Position numbers and translations under genes: made by a program | The notes under the pieces: generated by a model | Databases searched by the model: none | What the model was told of the DNA's origin: nothing | The model's input: only the letters and a program-made list of their open reading frames with translations | DNA from: Curvularia clavata | Taxonomy: Eukaryota | Direction of reading: 5' to 3' | DNA: 64,000 nt | Assembly (NCBI GenBank): GCA_023920165.1 | Contig: CP089275.1 | Location: 806,001 to 870,000, forward strand | In this document: positions 35,457-50,300 of the stretch, one piece after another | Numbering within the stretch: the stretch's first letter is position 1 | Layout of the letters: each line of letters starts with the position of its first letter

Positions 35457-36629
35457 TAGTCTATACACCAGCTTCTCTGCACTAATTGGTCGCATCCATG
35501 GTTCCGTTCTTTGGACAACTCTGTCTTCCATTTTCCCAAACCCAAGTAATGAAAATCCATCACTGATAATCCCCTCTAATCCTCCTGGCATTGAGCGAAC
35601 AGGAACTGGCTGCAGTGTGGAGCCAATTGCTTCGCCAAGCCAGCTATAGAACTGAACAGCAAAATGTCGTGCGGAAGGCGAGCGGGGAACTGTAAACCCT
35701 TGATACTGTACCTCTTCGCCAAGACCCTCCCAAACCGCTCCATATATAGGTTCTTTTGGAAGATGATGTGCATGCCAGGCACCACCTGCTCGCGAACGAA
35801 CTATAGCCATGATGCCGTCATGTGCTAGCAAGGATGAGACCTTCTCGACCGAGCTGCCTTCCGAAATACAGTCGTACGCATAGAGGAACTTCCTTCCTCT
35901 CACCAAACCTAACGCTGTTCGAGGCCAGTTATCATCATGATAATCTACTAGGTTCTCGTAGCAGTATGGTTCAGATTGCAACATCTCCCATTTTGCTTTG
36001 CTGGCTGCACCACTCAAACGAAGCGTTTGCCCGCTCGCATTTGTGCTGATACGCATCAACTGCGCTGCCAACAATCCAACCGATGTTGACGCTCCATATA
36101 TGAAAACATCAATCAATTCCCCAGGGCCTCTCCTACGACCAGCGGTCCATTTAGAATGTTTATCTGATCCACCAGCCCCATCATATTTGAATGGAGCTTG
36201 CAGACCCAGACGATACCATACACCTTGAGCAGCCGTCAGTGCGGCCAAGCTTACCCCAGCTGCTTTCTCAATTGGATACCCTTTGGGTATCTTCCAGACC
36301 AAGTCCCAGGGTACCACAAGATACTTGGCGAACGCTCCCGGTCGAACATTAACAGAGCATGCACCTTGGAGAAAACCGGCTACACGATCCCCGACCTGAA
36401 GATTGCTGATAGCTGGAACATCCTTTCCCAAGGAAGCAACTAAGCCTGCAAAATCGCTTCCAATAGTCCGTTTCGAGTTTGCAAGTGGGTGTCGCACGTA
36501 GAGAGAATCGACCGGGTTCAAAGCAACGGCTTCTACCTGCACAAGAAGCTCAACCTGTCCCGGTGTAGGGACTGGCACTGTTTCCCGAACAGCGGTGTAT
36601 TCTGTTGGATGAAGGACAAGCGCATCCAT
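35454..36629 (-). CDS. Medium-chain dehydrogenase/reductase, enoyl-reductase-like (ToxD/LovC-like), intronless
   Basis: VEAVALNPVD, GSDFAG, VGDRVAG, GAFAKY, nucleotide-binding FIYGASTSVG, and C-terminal ISAEKLVY. Confidence 0.92.
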
Positions 36630-37690
36630 TTGAATTTCGAATGAAGAATTGATAAAGGCTTTACGTTATTGTTGTGATGTGGAGATGGGAGTCTGGCAGT
36701 TGCATTGGCAGGTGGAAATAAAGATTGTAGCCCAATGTACTTTTTGAATCATTACTGCACCTATATATGATTTTCGATTGCACGTCGAGATCTTAAAGTC
36801 AATTATGAGGGTGTCTAGAAATTCCTAGCGGGTCCGTAGTCATGTCGAGCACGCTTGCAGTAGACACGGTTAAGGTTGCTGATACGTTGACATGAGCCAA
36901 CGCTAGCGCGCACAAACAGGCCCATTATGTCGGTATTGCTAAAAGCATATCATATGATATCAGAACGATGCTATTCAGCAGCTGCATATGGGCTGGATCG
37001 AGCGAAGGGCGTGCTGTAAAATATCGCAATTAGGAAATCCTGCTTCTATGAAATGTCTGTGCACAGAGCACGACTAGCCACGCTGCTACCTATGATAGGA
37101 TGTAAGAAAAAGAAAGATTAATAATGTAGATAAGAGCTTGTTTTTAGGTTCAGATATCACCGGCTTGACACGCCCTTTGGCTACAAAAGAAATGTCATGG
37201 CAGCCACGAGCAGCATATGTACGCCTTAGCTACGGAGGAATCGGGAAAAGCGCAATATCGCGTTCGCTCGGATCAAGTCTTCTGACAAGACTTTGTTGAC
37301 TCTGGACTAGCCCTCTTTGTTCGTCATGCTTGAATCCTGGTCCAAGCTACATATTGTTGCACCATCTGCACGATTCACATCGCGATTAGCTGTGTCGTTG
37401 GTGATGGTATAGGGATTCATTTTGGCAATGGCTGCGCCGCCAGCCCAGGGAGTGTAGCGCACGGACATTTTGTGCATGAGCCGATGTACGAGCCGATGCA
37501 CTGCTGTGTTCCGCGTTCACCGACAGGTATTCGACATGACCCACCCCGCACTTGGGTGTCCATACCGGCCGCTGATACTACTTGTAACATTGTGCATACA
37601 GGCAACTTCCTCGTGTACAAAGCTTGTCATCCACCCATCGTCTCTGCTAAGTGCGGCACGCCTACGTCAGAAAGTAGATGCCCCAAAATC

Positions 37691-40360
37691 ATGCCGAATC
37701 AGTCGGGGACGCTGAGGTGCAAATACTGCAACGACACATTCCAGCGCAATGGCCATCTACAACGTCATTTGCTTCGACATTCGGGCTTAAAGCCCTTCAG
37801 CTGTAGTGTGTGCAGAAAGTCTTTCTCGAGAAAGTAGCTATTTCCATTTTGATTCAATATTTTGGCGTGACGCTAACATTGCACAGCGATACGTTGCTTC
37901 GCCACGAAGCCATTCATGGACCGCATGATGCGCAGTTAGATAACAACAGAAGCGTTGCAAGATCTTGTGCTCCTTGTGTTCAGGCTAAGCAGCGCTGCTA
38001 CGGTGGAGTTCCCTGCGCACGATGTGAGCGAAGACATTTCATTTGCAAATACAGCGGCGAGCAGCGCCGGAGTTCAATTTCCTCCACGCCAAGGTCAAGC
38101 AATCGTATACCAAATGGGCCTTTGCCTGAAAATATCGCAGTACAAGACCACCCTGCGTTGCAAGTTCCTTTTCCGACAGTTCCGCTGCCATCATCCGTCT
38201 CTATTGGGTCAGCCTCACAAGCCTCAGTCACGTCACCGCCAAACCGCTCATCTGTTACGACTTCAATGAGCAACTCGTTAGCAGAAGAGACGAATCTAGA
38301 GAGCTGGCGTGGTCTTTTCATCACACCTGATTCCATCAGCATGACAGAGTCTGATGGTTTCGCGGACTATTTCCCACACGACATGAGTTACACCGACGCG
38401 ATATCGCGTAGCCTTGGCTTTCCCTTCGTGTGCATGACGCAATCTCTCGACATCCCTTCTCAGGCTGCGTATAATCTGGATCAGGGTTTTTCCAACCCTT
38501 GCATGCCCAATGATGGTAGTTTGGCCATAGTGGAGTCCACTGGATCTGCCAATCGCATGGGATCTGGAACCGATTCTTGCACTGCTATCGACAGTAATGA
38601 AGTCAGCACACGCGCGGATCCCAACGCAACTTGCGCTCCTCCAACAGACGCTTGCCCACCCTTCCCTGTGCTCCAAGAAGAAGAGCTGCAGATTGCTGGC
38701 GCTGAGCTCTTTGGTCATGTAAGCAAAATACCAGAACCATCCTACAATAGGCTACGTGATTTCTATATCTCAGAGCGCGGTTATTATGACAACGAGTCAT
38801 TCCCTCCCTCTAGATTGCTTCATGCTTTCGTAGAGCTGTACTTTGAGTATTTTGATCCTTACCTTCCATTCTTACACCCGATGAGAGCGGGATCAGACGA
38901 TCTGTCTTGGATACTTCTTACTGCAGTTGCCGCTATTGGTAGTCAATACTCTGACGTCCGAGATGCGCCTGCATTCGCCGTGGTCTTACAAAACCTACTG
39001 CGAAAAGCTACACATCCCAAAGTAAGTATAGGCGGTCTTAATAACATCTTGATGGCTGACGAAGCAGAACCTTCAAAACACAGCGCAAAAACCGGATTTA
39101 GCATTAGTGCAGAGTGTGCTCTTGCGAATTGTCGGGCTGATGTTTTCTGGCTCGGTCGTGGAGCAGACTCTTTTCCAGCAAGAGAAAAGTATACTTATAA
39201 CATTGTGTCGCGGTTTGAAGACCCCTACTGACTTCAATGATTCTAACGAATCTGCAAATGATCAAGATTCAGATGATGCATGGTTATCGTGGTTGCGAGG
39301 GGAAGAAGTTGTACGCTTAGTACACTGCGTACATAGTAAGTCGAGCGCGACTCTCTTCATCATCATGGGACATCTAATATCTAGAGCAGTAATAGAATGC
39401 TTCCAGCTCATCTTCTTTGATCTGCGTCCGTTGTTCAGACTCACAGACTTTACGCAACGACTCCCATATAACAGCAATGCCTGGGAATGTTGCAACACAA
39501 GACATTGGAGCAGAGAAAATCAGACAGGATATCCAGACAGTAAGATGCGACATGAAGGGTCCTTTTCGACGAGAAGCAATATTCTGAGTCTCTATGCCGA
39601 CGAGAGAGCGATCCTGGATTCCATGCAATCGTCACGGCGCTTACGAGCTCTTATCAGATCTGAGCCAGGTAATGGCTTGCCAGGGCAAGACACATATTCT
39701 GCTCGCAGGAAGCTATTATCCCTTGGAGCCTTGGAAGACGATATTGCATTCTTGGACACAGTTATAGATGACGCCATCGCGCCTGAATCCCAATCGATTC
39801 CTGGGATGGGATACAACGGACAGGACCCTATGTTACACGTTGTCGCTATATTGCGAGATATTCCGTTACGCCTGATCTATGCTTCTGTCGGATGGCAAGC
39901 AAACGATACTGAAATGCAAGGATCGAGAGAGAGGTTAAAAGTGTACCTACAACGCAACCAAAGCACTGCGCGGACTTGCCTATGGCACGCATCTCGGATA
40001 TACTCGTCCGTACAAAGTGTTCATCACCCAGCATATTATTCTTCCTTGACACTTGCCATTGCCGTCAGTTACATTCTTCTTTACGATCAGCTCGTGCAAT
40101 TTCCAGCACCACAGGGGAACCTTCTGCGTCTAGACAAAGTAATCGAAAAGCCCGGTATAGAAGCGTGGGCTAGCTGCGTCCAAGATTTCCGAGTGCACAT
40201 TACCGGCATTGGCATATTGGACAACTCCGAGAGTAGTCGCAGATTACTTGTCAATGCAGAGAAGATACTGCGATCTCAGAGATCATGGCAAAGTATAGCT
40301 CGAGCAGTTGCAGATTGTTTCTCACAGATGAGTAAAGGCCAGAAACCAAAAATTAATTAA
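37691..40360 (+). CDS. Transcription factor with two C2H2 fingers plus a Zn(II)2Cys6 cluster and fungal TF domain
   Basis: CKYC...HLQRH and CSVC...RHEAIH (across an intron), then CAPCVQAKQRCYGGVPCARCERRHFIC. FVELYFEYFDPYLPFLH middle-homology region. Confidence 0.9.
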
Positions 40361-40385
40361 TGGTGGACCAGAATGCGAATGAGCT

Positions 40386-41803
40386 TTATTCATCGCCCTT
40401 GTGAGAGAAAATTCTACAGTACAACCTGAGCAGGGGCATGACTATCTTAGCCGCAAAGTGGACGATAATGCCCAGAAACCCGTCAAGATTAAGGCGCGGA
40501 AAGCTTATACCTCCACTTTTCCTTACCCATGGAAAAGCACGTACCATCATAGCCGATTCATATTTGTCGCACGCCATCTTGATCTCTTCCAACGTTGGAT
40601 TCCCTCGGCCCATGCTGGAGAGAGAGTTGAGATGGAGTAATTGTGGAAGCATGTCAGCACAATCAGCCAATGCCTGATTGCCTCCCTGACCGCGGGTCGG
40701 CTGCATAGCATGGATAGCATCTCCTATTACCCACACTCGAGGATGTCCCTTTTCGTTTCCGGTCCTTTGGGCTAGCGTTCGCCAATTCGCTTCGGGCTGT
40801 GTACTCGCGTGGAGCTGTGTTACGAGCATGTCAATCTTTTCAGGCTCGTCTGCTCCAACACTGAGCATATGCTGGAACTCGGGCGCCCATTCCTTGATTG
40901 TCTCAAGACAAACTTGTCTAGGATTTTGGATTTCTGAAGCTTTTTTGTAAGGGAGCCCGTCGACTGGAATATTCAGAGCCCAGTAGAAGGATGCGGCTTT
41001 TTCATCGTATTCCAGTGGTTTCTTCATATCAACTGTCGAATCAGATTCGCTGGAAACCTCACTCTCAGGAAGATAAAGTGCGTAGAACAATGAAATGTCA
41101 TTGTAATGCACAAGAATGGGCCCTACGCGCAGTCTTGAGGGCAATTCCATCATTCGGTCGAACGGGAGGCTTCCCTTCGACAAGAAAGACCAGTGGCTAT
41201 CGATGAGATGGATATTGTTCAAGCCAAGTTGCTTATTTATCTAGGTCGAATATCAGCTTTGTTTCTATAGCTCGATGTTATAACTACCTTGGAGTTTGCG
41301 CCATCAGCTCCAACAAGCACATCGCAGATATCATGGGAACCGTCCGAAAAGCAGACCTTCACTCTCTCTCTGCCATCCTTCTGAGTGACGATCTCGTAGC
41401 GATTGAAACCCTTTCCATATTTTATTCTTTCACTTTTTTTGATCGGTTCTAACAGTAAGTCTCTTAGTACGACCCTGTTAATGGCTGCAGACTTTGTGTA
41501 CGTCGGTACAAGGGTCAAGTTCAGGATTTCGTCGAATTTCGTATTGTAAATTAAGGGTGCTGTTGCCTGCGAACCAGACGATTGTCCAAGCTTTGCGGTG
41601 ATCTTCTCAATGTGTGCATTCGTCAAACATGCGCGGAATCCTGCCTGCGCTCCAGGACCTATTCGTATTTGATAACCTTCTCTCTTCGAGTCGACGTTGT
41701 CGCGCTCATAGATCATGAAGTCGACGCCATTGTTGTTGAGGCCATTCCCTAGAAGAGCGCCTGAAAGACCGCCGCCCACAATGATGACCTTGAATGCTCC
41801 CAT
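40386..41803 (-). CDS. FAD-dependent monooxygenase (aromatic hydroxylase class), 2 exons
   Basis: VIIVGGGLSG Rossmann motif, VGADGANS, and IGDAIHAMQPTRGQGGNQA. Intron 41287-41241. Confidence 0.92.
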
Positions 41804-42964
41804 TTCACCTGTTGTTTTGCGATGTCGGATGTTCGATTGTGAAGGTCTGTGGAAGGCTGGACACGAAACCTAATATAGTTGCTGACAAAAAACTTATCTT
41901 TGCCTATTGGATATATCGCGATTGTCCAGCTTAGTGCTTAGCCGTATACAAAGCTAGTCAAGGTTCCATTTCCATCAGTGATCATGCCTATAGCATCGCG
42001 CCAAAGCAATGCCGTGCGGAGCTTACCAGAACCATATTCAATGCGACGTTTTCATTGGTCCCACCACTAGCCCGAATGGCCCCACCGGATCCGCTCATTC
42101 ACCCTCGGCCATTTTCCCTGGCTATGTGGCTCTCACAGGTGCGGGGACATCTGCGAAAACATCTCGTGAGCACATAACCGGTAAATTTTGACTTCAAATG
42201 AGAGCAAGAATAGACTCCCCGGGATCACTACTAGAATAAAGTAAATTAATTGCTTGGCAAGTCGCAAAGAAAAGAAAATACTCCAAGTAGCAATGTAATC
42301 GAATCTAGGAGTGCGATCAAAGTGAGCGTAAGAGATGAAGATTTGATACACCTTAGTGTTATCGCTGAAGACCAATAATGTGGCAATATAGAGGACTAGT
42401 TAAGCTAGGTATTTAGAAGAGTGGAGCTCTGTTGATGCGAAGCTGAAAGGTGGTCGTCCTACTGGAAGTCAATTTCATTTCGTTGAATCAAGCAAGCTAA
42501 AAGCAGGCCAAGCACCACCATATTGCTATCTGTCCTGATAGGCTTTACTAGTTGAGATATTAGCCCGTTACGATTTGCGGATTGTGGATACTAACACTGC
42601 ACGTCGCATAACTGATGACAGAAATTCTGCAAACGAATGAATCATCTCGAATACTAAAGCAGAATGAAGCTGAATGACGCCCTTGTAGCCTGCAGAAATA
42701 CGCCTATAATTAATGATCTTGAACAAACAGTACCCATAAACAACTCAGTGGATGGTTGCGCAGACAGGGATGCGCCGATACTGGCTACATATTTTGGCAC
42801 ATTACGGGATCGAGCTCAAGACGACCAAGGGGGCGACCTGCAATCATATATTCGAATAGCAATCGACAGTAGTAAATTGAGTGAAGAAGATGCCTATCTA
42901 CCCCGAAAAGAAATCTAAATATACTGCCGGTCTAGTCAAGTGCGACTACACTACAGCACTTATC

Positions 42965-44212
42965 TCAATTCTGTTCCCGAAACAATACGTAAGAAGTTGC
43001 AAGCTCGGGAACAAGTACTTTGCTTGAAGTATGTTGTTCGATAGCCTTTTTGGCAGCTGTGACATCAGACTTGTAAGGCTTGATGATACTGCAGTATTGA
43101 ATGTCAACGTGTGTATTCAATTAGAAGGGAATTTCGGCATACCTTTCATCATGAAGACAGAAAAATATTTGCGAAGGTTCGTGAAGCCATTGAGTTTGAA
43201 GTTTGAGAAACTCTGCAGCTGACTGTACAAACGGTCTACCATTTAGATTTGCTACACCACCCGCGCCTAGTATTGCCACGTCTGGTTTTGGCTCTAAGAA
43301 TCGCATCACACCTTCGTAAGCGCCGAGATGTGTATTGAACAGTACGGCCTTGTCTCCTATAATGAAGTTATACATGAGCTGACCACCGTCACAGTGTGAC
43401 ATGATGTTCGTTTTCCGATCTTGTACATAATCGGCAAAAGCACGAGTGCCGGGATCCAGGTGATCTTCTGGCATAAACTCTTTCAGTCGAAATAGGCCGT
43501 GTTGCATGAGCTGCGTGATATCTAATGCACAAGCGTAGCCGTCATCATCCTTTCGATACGATACATTGGTATCAAAAACCTCTGGAATGTCTTGAGGAGA
43601 TGTTCCAGGCATCAAAGAATGTAGAGACGGCCACACATGAACAGCTACTGATGCAGACCTGACGTGAGGCTTACGTGGTGCGAGAGGTGGGCCAGGAGCG
43701 AGTTCAATACTGCCTTCGGAAGCTTTGATGAGAATGTCCCTTGTGAACAAAGGAACACGTTCCCCTCCAGAGACCGCAATAAGCTGAGTTTCGGGTACTC
43801 CAGCTCGCCGGAGACAGTTAATAGCCTCACAATTTGCAATGACAGTAGCACCAGTCTTTAAAGCAAGACGGTCGGCTCCTGGAAGACTACAAGGATTAAT
43901 TTGAAGTAGCAGCGAGTAGACAGAAGTGGCTTACTGATCAAAATGTGCATGTGAGATAACAATGTAATCTAGTGTTATGATGTCTTCAAGCTCAATGTAT
44001 CTCTTCATCAATGCAGGTTTTTCAAGCCAGCAGTCATGCAATATAATCAACCCCTTAGTGCGCAATCTGAAGGTCGTGGTACCTTTGCGCGATCGGAGGT
44101 AATTAGCTAACAGTTCTAATATTGGGAGAGAGAATCAACTGGTAGTGTAAACGCAACGCACGGAAAGGAAGCAAAACACACCAAAAAATTCGATTGTTGT
44201 GATCTCTTCCAT
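42965..44212 (-). CDS. Metallo-beta-lactamase-fold hydrolase; multi-exon
   Basis: MEEITTIEFFG/TTTFRL N-terminus. DYIVISHAHFDH (HxHxDH, split by an intron) followed by LPGADR, plus WPSLH and CLHDE. Stop at 42965. Confidence 0.88.
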
Positions 44213-45456
44213 TGCAAAGCTTGTTTTGTCGTGCGTGCTCAAAATGAGAAATCTCCGTTAGTCCGAAATTTTGCAATTGAGTAAACAGCTCAGTGTACTT
44301 GATACAAAGGACCTAGATGATGGGGTCGTCCGCAGTTTTGGCGCGATGTCTGGGTATATTAACGGACGCAATTGCGGGGATGGTGCGTTGGCTAACTACC
44401 GCATTTAACATCCGAGACCCTGGATGCTTTCGGCGACGGAGTCTATGATGAAATGGTATCACAGTAATAAGAAATGGGCGTAGCTCGTTACTCGTCAAAC
44501 TGGCCTTTGTCGATGCAATGCGAAGTGTTTTCGCAGCATTGTGATTGGTCCCGCCATCATGCTTGCCAAACCCGTCGGACCCGCAGGACACTTACGCCTG
44601 GGTCCATGGCGATGCGGATTTTACCAACCCCGTTGCTGACCCGTCACTGTGCAAATCAAGATATCTTGCCTTTGCTGGCATGCCACATGACCTATGGATG
44701 ATGCACCGGACACTGTAGGTGGTCAGTGCTTGCAACAGTTCACCGGTTGCAACACTACACCCAGTATGGCTGTTTACTAAAAACGATGTCGTAGAGCTCC
44801 ATTCAAAAGCTTTCATTCCAAGAAGTCTTATTAAAACATTCTGCCAGAAATTTGTTGCACTGTTATCTGCTCAAGTTCCTTCAGAAGCTTGCTTTTCCTG
44901 CGAGATGCGGTGATTTTGGTGGAAGAACTGGTAGTGGGTTGTGCGCCACCGTCACTCTGGCTGCCCGCAACACCACTCTATATTGATTTTCTTCACTTTA
45001 GACATAATAAAGCTCTCTTGATAGACATGATATGCCTATTGCGACATTGATTTGTGGTTACAGCAGCGCGATCGCAAGCTCTTTGAGTCCGCGCAGGAGC
45101 TAGTCCTTCAGCCTTTGCCGATTTGTAGGTCCTGGGCTGTCTCTGATCTATCTCATGCTGTACTCTTCTTCAACCAATAATGTAACACGTAGCTAAAGCT
45201 GTGTCTAGGGTCTAATCTGAGAAACCAATATAATTAGAGGACAACATGGGTGTGGGTGTGCATGACCTGACAGTGCGGACGACCTGCCAATTTGAAGCTA
45301 CGGTAACTAGTAATGGTGGGCACAGCCACCTCCATTTCTAACCGAGGTGCCAGACCAAGTCTAGCGGCAGAGCACACTGGTCGAACATGGCACAGACTTA
45401 TAAGGCCAACAGCATCTGCTTGTACCATGCTGTCTCTACTCTACAAAGATGGTAAA

Positions 45457-46286
45457 ATGCCGAAAGTGACGCGCAATAGCGTTGCAAAGTCCAAAGTCCC
45501 TACAAAATCTAGACCGAACTCTGGCACCGAGGCCAAAAAGGCAAGGAAGGCCAAAGCCGTCGCTGGAAGAAACGCGCCCGTATTCTTCCAAGCCGTTGAA
45601 AATTCCGGAGAATGGGGATTTCTTTCGCCGTGGTGGAGTTGTGAATTCGAAGTCAAAGGCGTAGCCTACCAGAGTGCCGGGCAGTACATCCTGGCGGAGA
45701 AAGCACGTGCGTTTGGTGATAAAGTAGGCCACCAATGATAGCCGTTTTAAAGTAATCGCTCACAGATAGGCAGAAAATGCTCCAGAAGATTCTTGAAGAG
45801 GTGACACCTGAAATTCTACAATCTTTCGGCGATACAATTCAAGGTCTAGACCAACGGTCATGGCGACGACGTACGTCATTTTTCTTACATAGTAACAACC
45901 TCAGATTCAAAGCATAAAATGGCTAAAATCTTTAAGGAGTGACACGCATCGCGAAAATGGCAAACATGGCCAAGTTCACCTCTGATGATACTGAGAGTCG
46001 AGCTCTGTTAAATCAATTCAAGAAGCTTAAGAACCGAGAGTTGGTTTTTGCTGATCCATCAGATGCAGTCCTTGGGATCGGTCTGAGCATAGATGAGGCA
46101 AAAGAGATGAATAGAGAGCAATGGGGAGCCAATGTCTTTGGAAAGTCATTTGATGCCGTTAGGAACCATGTGAAGGAGACAAGCAGGACAACTAAGATGA
46201 CAAAAAAGCAGAAAATAACACAGCCATACGATTCATTTGATTCCTCAATATTTGACGTAGGTGGGAGAATGAGCATTTACTGGTAG
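45457..46286 (+). CDS. NADAR (YbiA-like) domain protein with basic N-terminal tail and degenerate active site; 3 exons
   Basis: GFLSPWWSCEF, YQSAGQYILAEKARAFGD, NMAKF, LVFADPSDAVLGIG and WGANVFGKSFDAVR match the NADAR layout. Confidence 0.8.
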
Positions 46287-47304
46287 GCTGGTCTCTTGTT
46301 TATTATCAAATGATATTGCTTTCCCCTCTGGCTGACTGGGCTCCGCCGTATCTTGATCTCCTGAGCTGGACCTGCGTACTTGCAAGTTACTCAGTCTCTA
46401 TCGGAACACTTGAGACAGCCAAGTCTATTTCTATCACTACTACATACCCGTTTGTCGGCAGGTCCTCTATTTACATTATATCTACTTTTTTGCCAAGGCA
46501 GATTCTTCAATCTTTCATGGGGCCTCTTCGGCATTTATCAACACTATCAAGGCATATTATGGCGTTTTCAAGATCTCCCAGTGATCATTTTGTTGTCAAA
46601 AGAGAAATAATAAACAACTCTGTATGTAAACATTACTCATATCATTGACATAGTGCATTAAAAAGAACCCATAGTAGACAGTAGCTACGTAGATAGATAA
46701 CTAACCTGACAAACTCTGAGACACCTCCATACCTATCCTCTCCTAGATATCCGCATCCTCATTATCATAATCCTCGTGATCACAGTGACCGTGCCACACA
46801 CAGCTAGCATCTTCGATCCACTTTGGCCTGTATCCAGCGTGCAAAACTTTTGTATCGAATTGTTACACTGCTTTTATGTTTAGCAAGTGTCCATGCGGTT
46901 AGGTCACTAGAGATGTATTCGGACTGGATTCAATCGCGAGATAAAAGTGAGAATTCAGTTCCGCTTTAATCCATTAGAGCAGTGAAAACTTTCAAACTGC
47001 TTCAGAAGAGCAGAATAAAATACCATGATGCACTATCACCACGCCATCCCATATAAATGGATAAAAAGCTGTCCAGCATGCCCATGTAACAACTGCACTC
47101 CTTCCTAGTTTGATGAATTTCCATAGTATATCAACCTAAAGCTAAGCCTATATTGGAGCAAATTGGACTCCAACTCCCACCCTATATTGGTTCGGACGAA
47201 ATTAACATACAATATATAACCATATTTAGGATATTAGCTTAAAAACGTACAATGTTTAGCCTAATGAAATTGCAAAGATGAATCAAACTATTAAACTGAC
47301 AATT

Positions 47305-50300
47305 TTAGGGCTTACTCAACTGTTCCTTCCTGAAGAACTTGAAGAACCCGAGTGGTATGATAAGCTGCGCTGCCAAACCTATCCAGAACCATGGCTTGCT
47401 CAATCCTTGTACGACTCCAGCGGAGAAATCCGGGAAAACGTCTCCAGGTCCATTTGCATCAGGAGAGGTAGCCTTTGCGAGCATTGTGACAATGGTACCA
47501 AGTATTTGCGCGAGCATCAGGGATACTGCGATGTGGATCCTAGTCAGGGTTTGCAGAAGCATCATACCGAACCCGACTCCTTGCAATGAATCTAGAAGAC
47601 CGAGCCAAAGCCAAAGACTGCGGCCAGCGAGAGCACCGGAGACCGGGCCGCCAGGCATCCACGGAATCCAATTTCCAATGCCTGATACACCCCAAAGCAT
47701 TTGAGCCCACCTTGGTGCACCCAGTCCAATAGCGAAGATGGGCAGAAACCAGGAATGACTGCTACTCAGCTTGGCGAAAGCGAATAGGAATGCTGCCCAC
47801 ATAACGACGAAGAAGGCTAGGACAAGTAGTCCAATAGCCCACTGTGGCGCTGTGTGAGAAGACCAGAGGTAGGCCCAGCTGCGCCCATAGGGCGTGCTCA
47901 AGAAGTAGTTCTGCAATACTACCATGACGAAGAACCAGCCAACAAGCTTCCTTCGAAGAAGTGTTTTGTAAAACGATGGGATCTTGCCCGGAGACTGGTG
48001 GTAGTAGGACGGAAGAGATGTAACGAGAAGGGCTCCAATTGCGACCAGAAAGGCAGATATTGGAAGCGTGATCATAGTCGCCTTTGGTGAAGAAGTAAGC
48101 ACATTGTTTGCATCCGAATTTGCGAGCGTGCTTCCCCAGTAAAAGAGAGCTGTGATGTACAGTTGCTGGGTTCCTTGAATCATACAAGCTCGGAAGATCC
48201 AGGATTTAATTGGAGCACCACCTGGACAGATCAGCAACAGTAGAGGTTTTCGGAAATGAAAAAGTCAAGCTTACCTTCATCTCCAAAGTTAAGCGCGAAG
48301 AATATCGAACCACTAGCAGAGGCAGCGACGTAGAGCCCAGTGGCGATGTCCTGGACGCAGTTTCTCGCCGCTCCAAACTTGACAAACGGTGCGATGCCTA
48401 CAAAGAGAAAGGCCCCTCCATAGACTGCAAAGGGTGCCGAAAGGACAAACTTTGAGGGCAGCGTACGGAACATGACCCACCAGACGCTAGACATGACGAT
48501 GAAGATGGCCCCGACGATATATAACTTGGCTGGACTTTGGCCTTGAGGACCTGTAAGAAGAGTGATCTGGTACGAGTTGGCTGCCATAATCTGCCCAAGT
48601 GCGAGGAGTATAGAGTATATAGGCCAGTCATCGATTCGTGTTTGCAGCCATCGCTTCAGGAGCGACGGCCGCTGATAATTTGCACCAAGGAGGAATTCGT
48701 CCATCTCACTTGACGGCCGAGGAGATGTCTCGTCACTGTCATCTTCCTGCCCAGATCTATATGCCGAGATACTGGAACTACGACTATGGTTACTGTGGAG
48801 GCTGTTGCGGTGCCACTCAGGGCCGGGACTAACACCCATCCTGTTGTCCTGGGATCGGGACCGATCACCCCGTCCTAGCTTTTCGGCGCGCATTCTCTTG
48901 AACCATTCTCTCTCACTGTCGACAAGGAATTGCTCCACGCACAAATCATCTTCCGAAGTCTTGCCATCCAAGTCATTGAGCATCATTTCAAACTTGGCGT
49001 AGTACATGCCAGTCTTATCTTCGAATGTGGGATCCACTTTTTGTAAGCTGAAATCGGTCGTACTTGAGTTCTTGATGGTACTGAGGTCGAGAACAGACGA
49101 CCGGCTTCGTCTATGGTGCGACGATTTCACACGCATAGGGAGATTATCTGGATCGAGAAGGTCTGTGGAAGGTCGTGAATACCTCAAAGCCTCATCTCTC
49201 TCATTGGTTAATGAGCTATGAGACCTACCACGCCCTCTATGACTCTGGGAGGGGTTGTCAAGGGGTGGCGAAGACCGCTCAGAAGCACCGGCAGGGTTGC
49301 CTTCGAGAGCTGCCATGGCGAGTCGGCGCTCAGACTCTCTGTAGTCAGCCTCTGCATGCTCACGACTAATCAATACTTCTTGGTTATGCGAGGATACTTG
49401 ACACGACGTTATCGCACCTTCAGGATCGTACTCGTGAATGTCTGGCGTTCTAGAGGGCGAGCAGTGCTCACGAACCTGTATGAGTGGTTCACCAGCAGGG
49501 TTCATCCTCGTTTTGTGCCCAGGTCCAGAGCGGACACCGAGCGATAGACCACGTTGAAGTGTTGTTTGGGGTTCTTCAGTTTCTTGCACGGGCATGTTGT
49601 CTCCATCAGATCGTTCCTCAAATGCAGATAACCTATCCATGCTGACAGCTCGAGAGTGTGGTCGGAAGAAGCTCTCATCGGGCAATTGTAACGATTTATG
49701 TGAGGAATCAACTCGCGATCGCGGCCGAAAAACATTCTTGGAAGACGGAACTTTTTTTTCGTTGTGAATCCTGATGGCGGTCTGCTGAAGGGTGTTGAGG
49801 TCTTCAACCCACTTTGCCACTGGAAAGCGTTGTTTTGCTGATCGTGCTCTCATGATAGCCCTTTCTTCAGTCTTGGAATTCAAGGCTTTCTCAATGGCGG
49901 ACTTGAACTGGTGAAGCATGTGTTTGGTGGTGGTTGACTCGACTGTGAACCACCATCCAGGCATTTGACCAAGACCACCAACACGCGCACCAACACCAAG
50001 AGCTCCTTTCCTACCAAATTCAACAGCAACTAAGCCGAACGGCTCATCTCGAGATGGAATGAGGGCGAACTCGGCTCCCGTAAAGATAAATGGCGGAAGT
50101 GCAGTAAACTCTGGTTTAGAGAATACACGCTTCGGATATTTCTCCATCATCTTACCGAGCTTGAGTGCTGCGAACTTGCCGTAGAGGTCGATGACAGGGC
50201 CGATAGCGATGAGCTGAACATTGGCGTGCTTTTCAAGGACAGCAGGAAAAACATCTGCGATAAGATCGATGCCCTGATCCGGTTAGCTGGGTATTAAAAG

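Noticed and set aside
42664..42918. 84-aa ORF converging on the metallo-beta-lactamase gene
   Set aside because: No recognisable domain.
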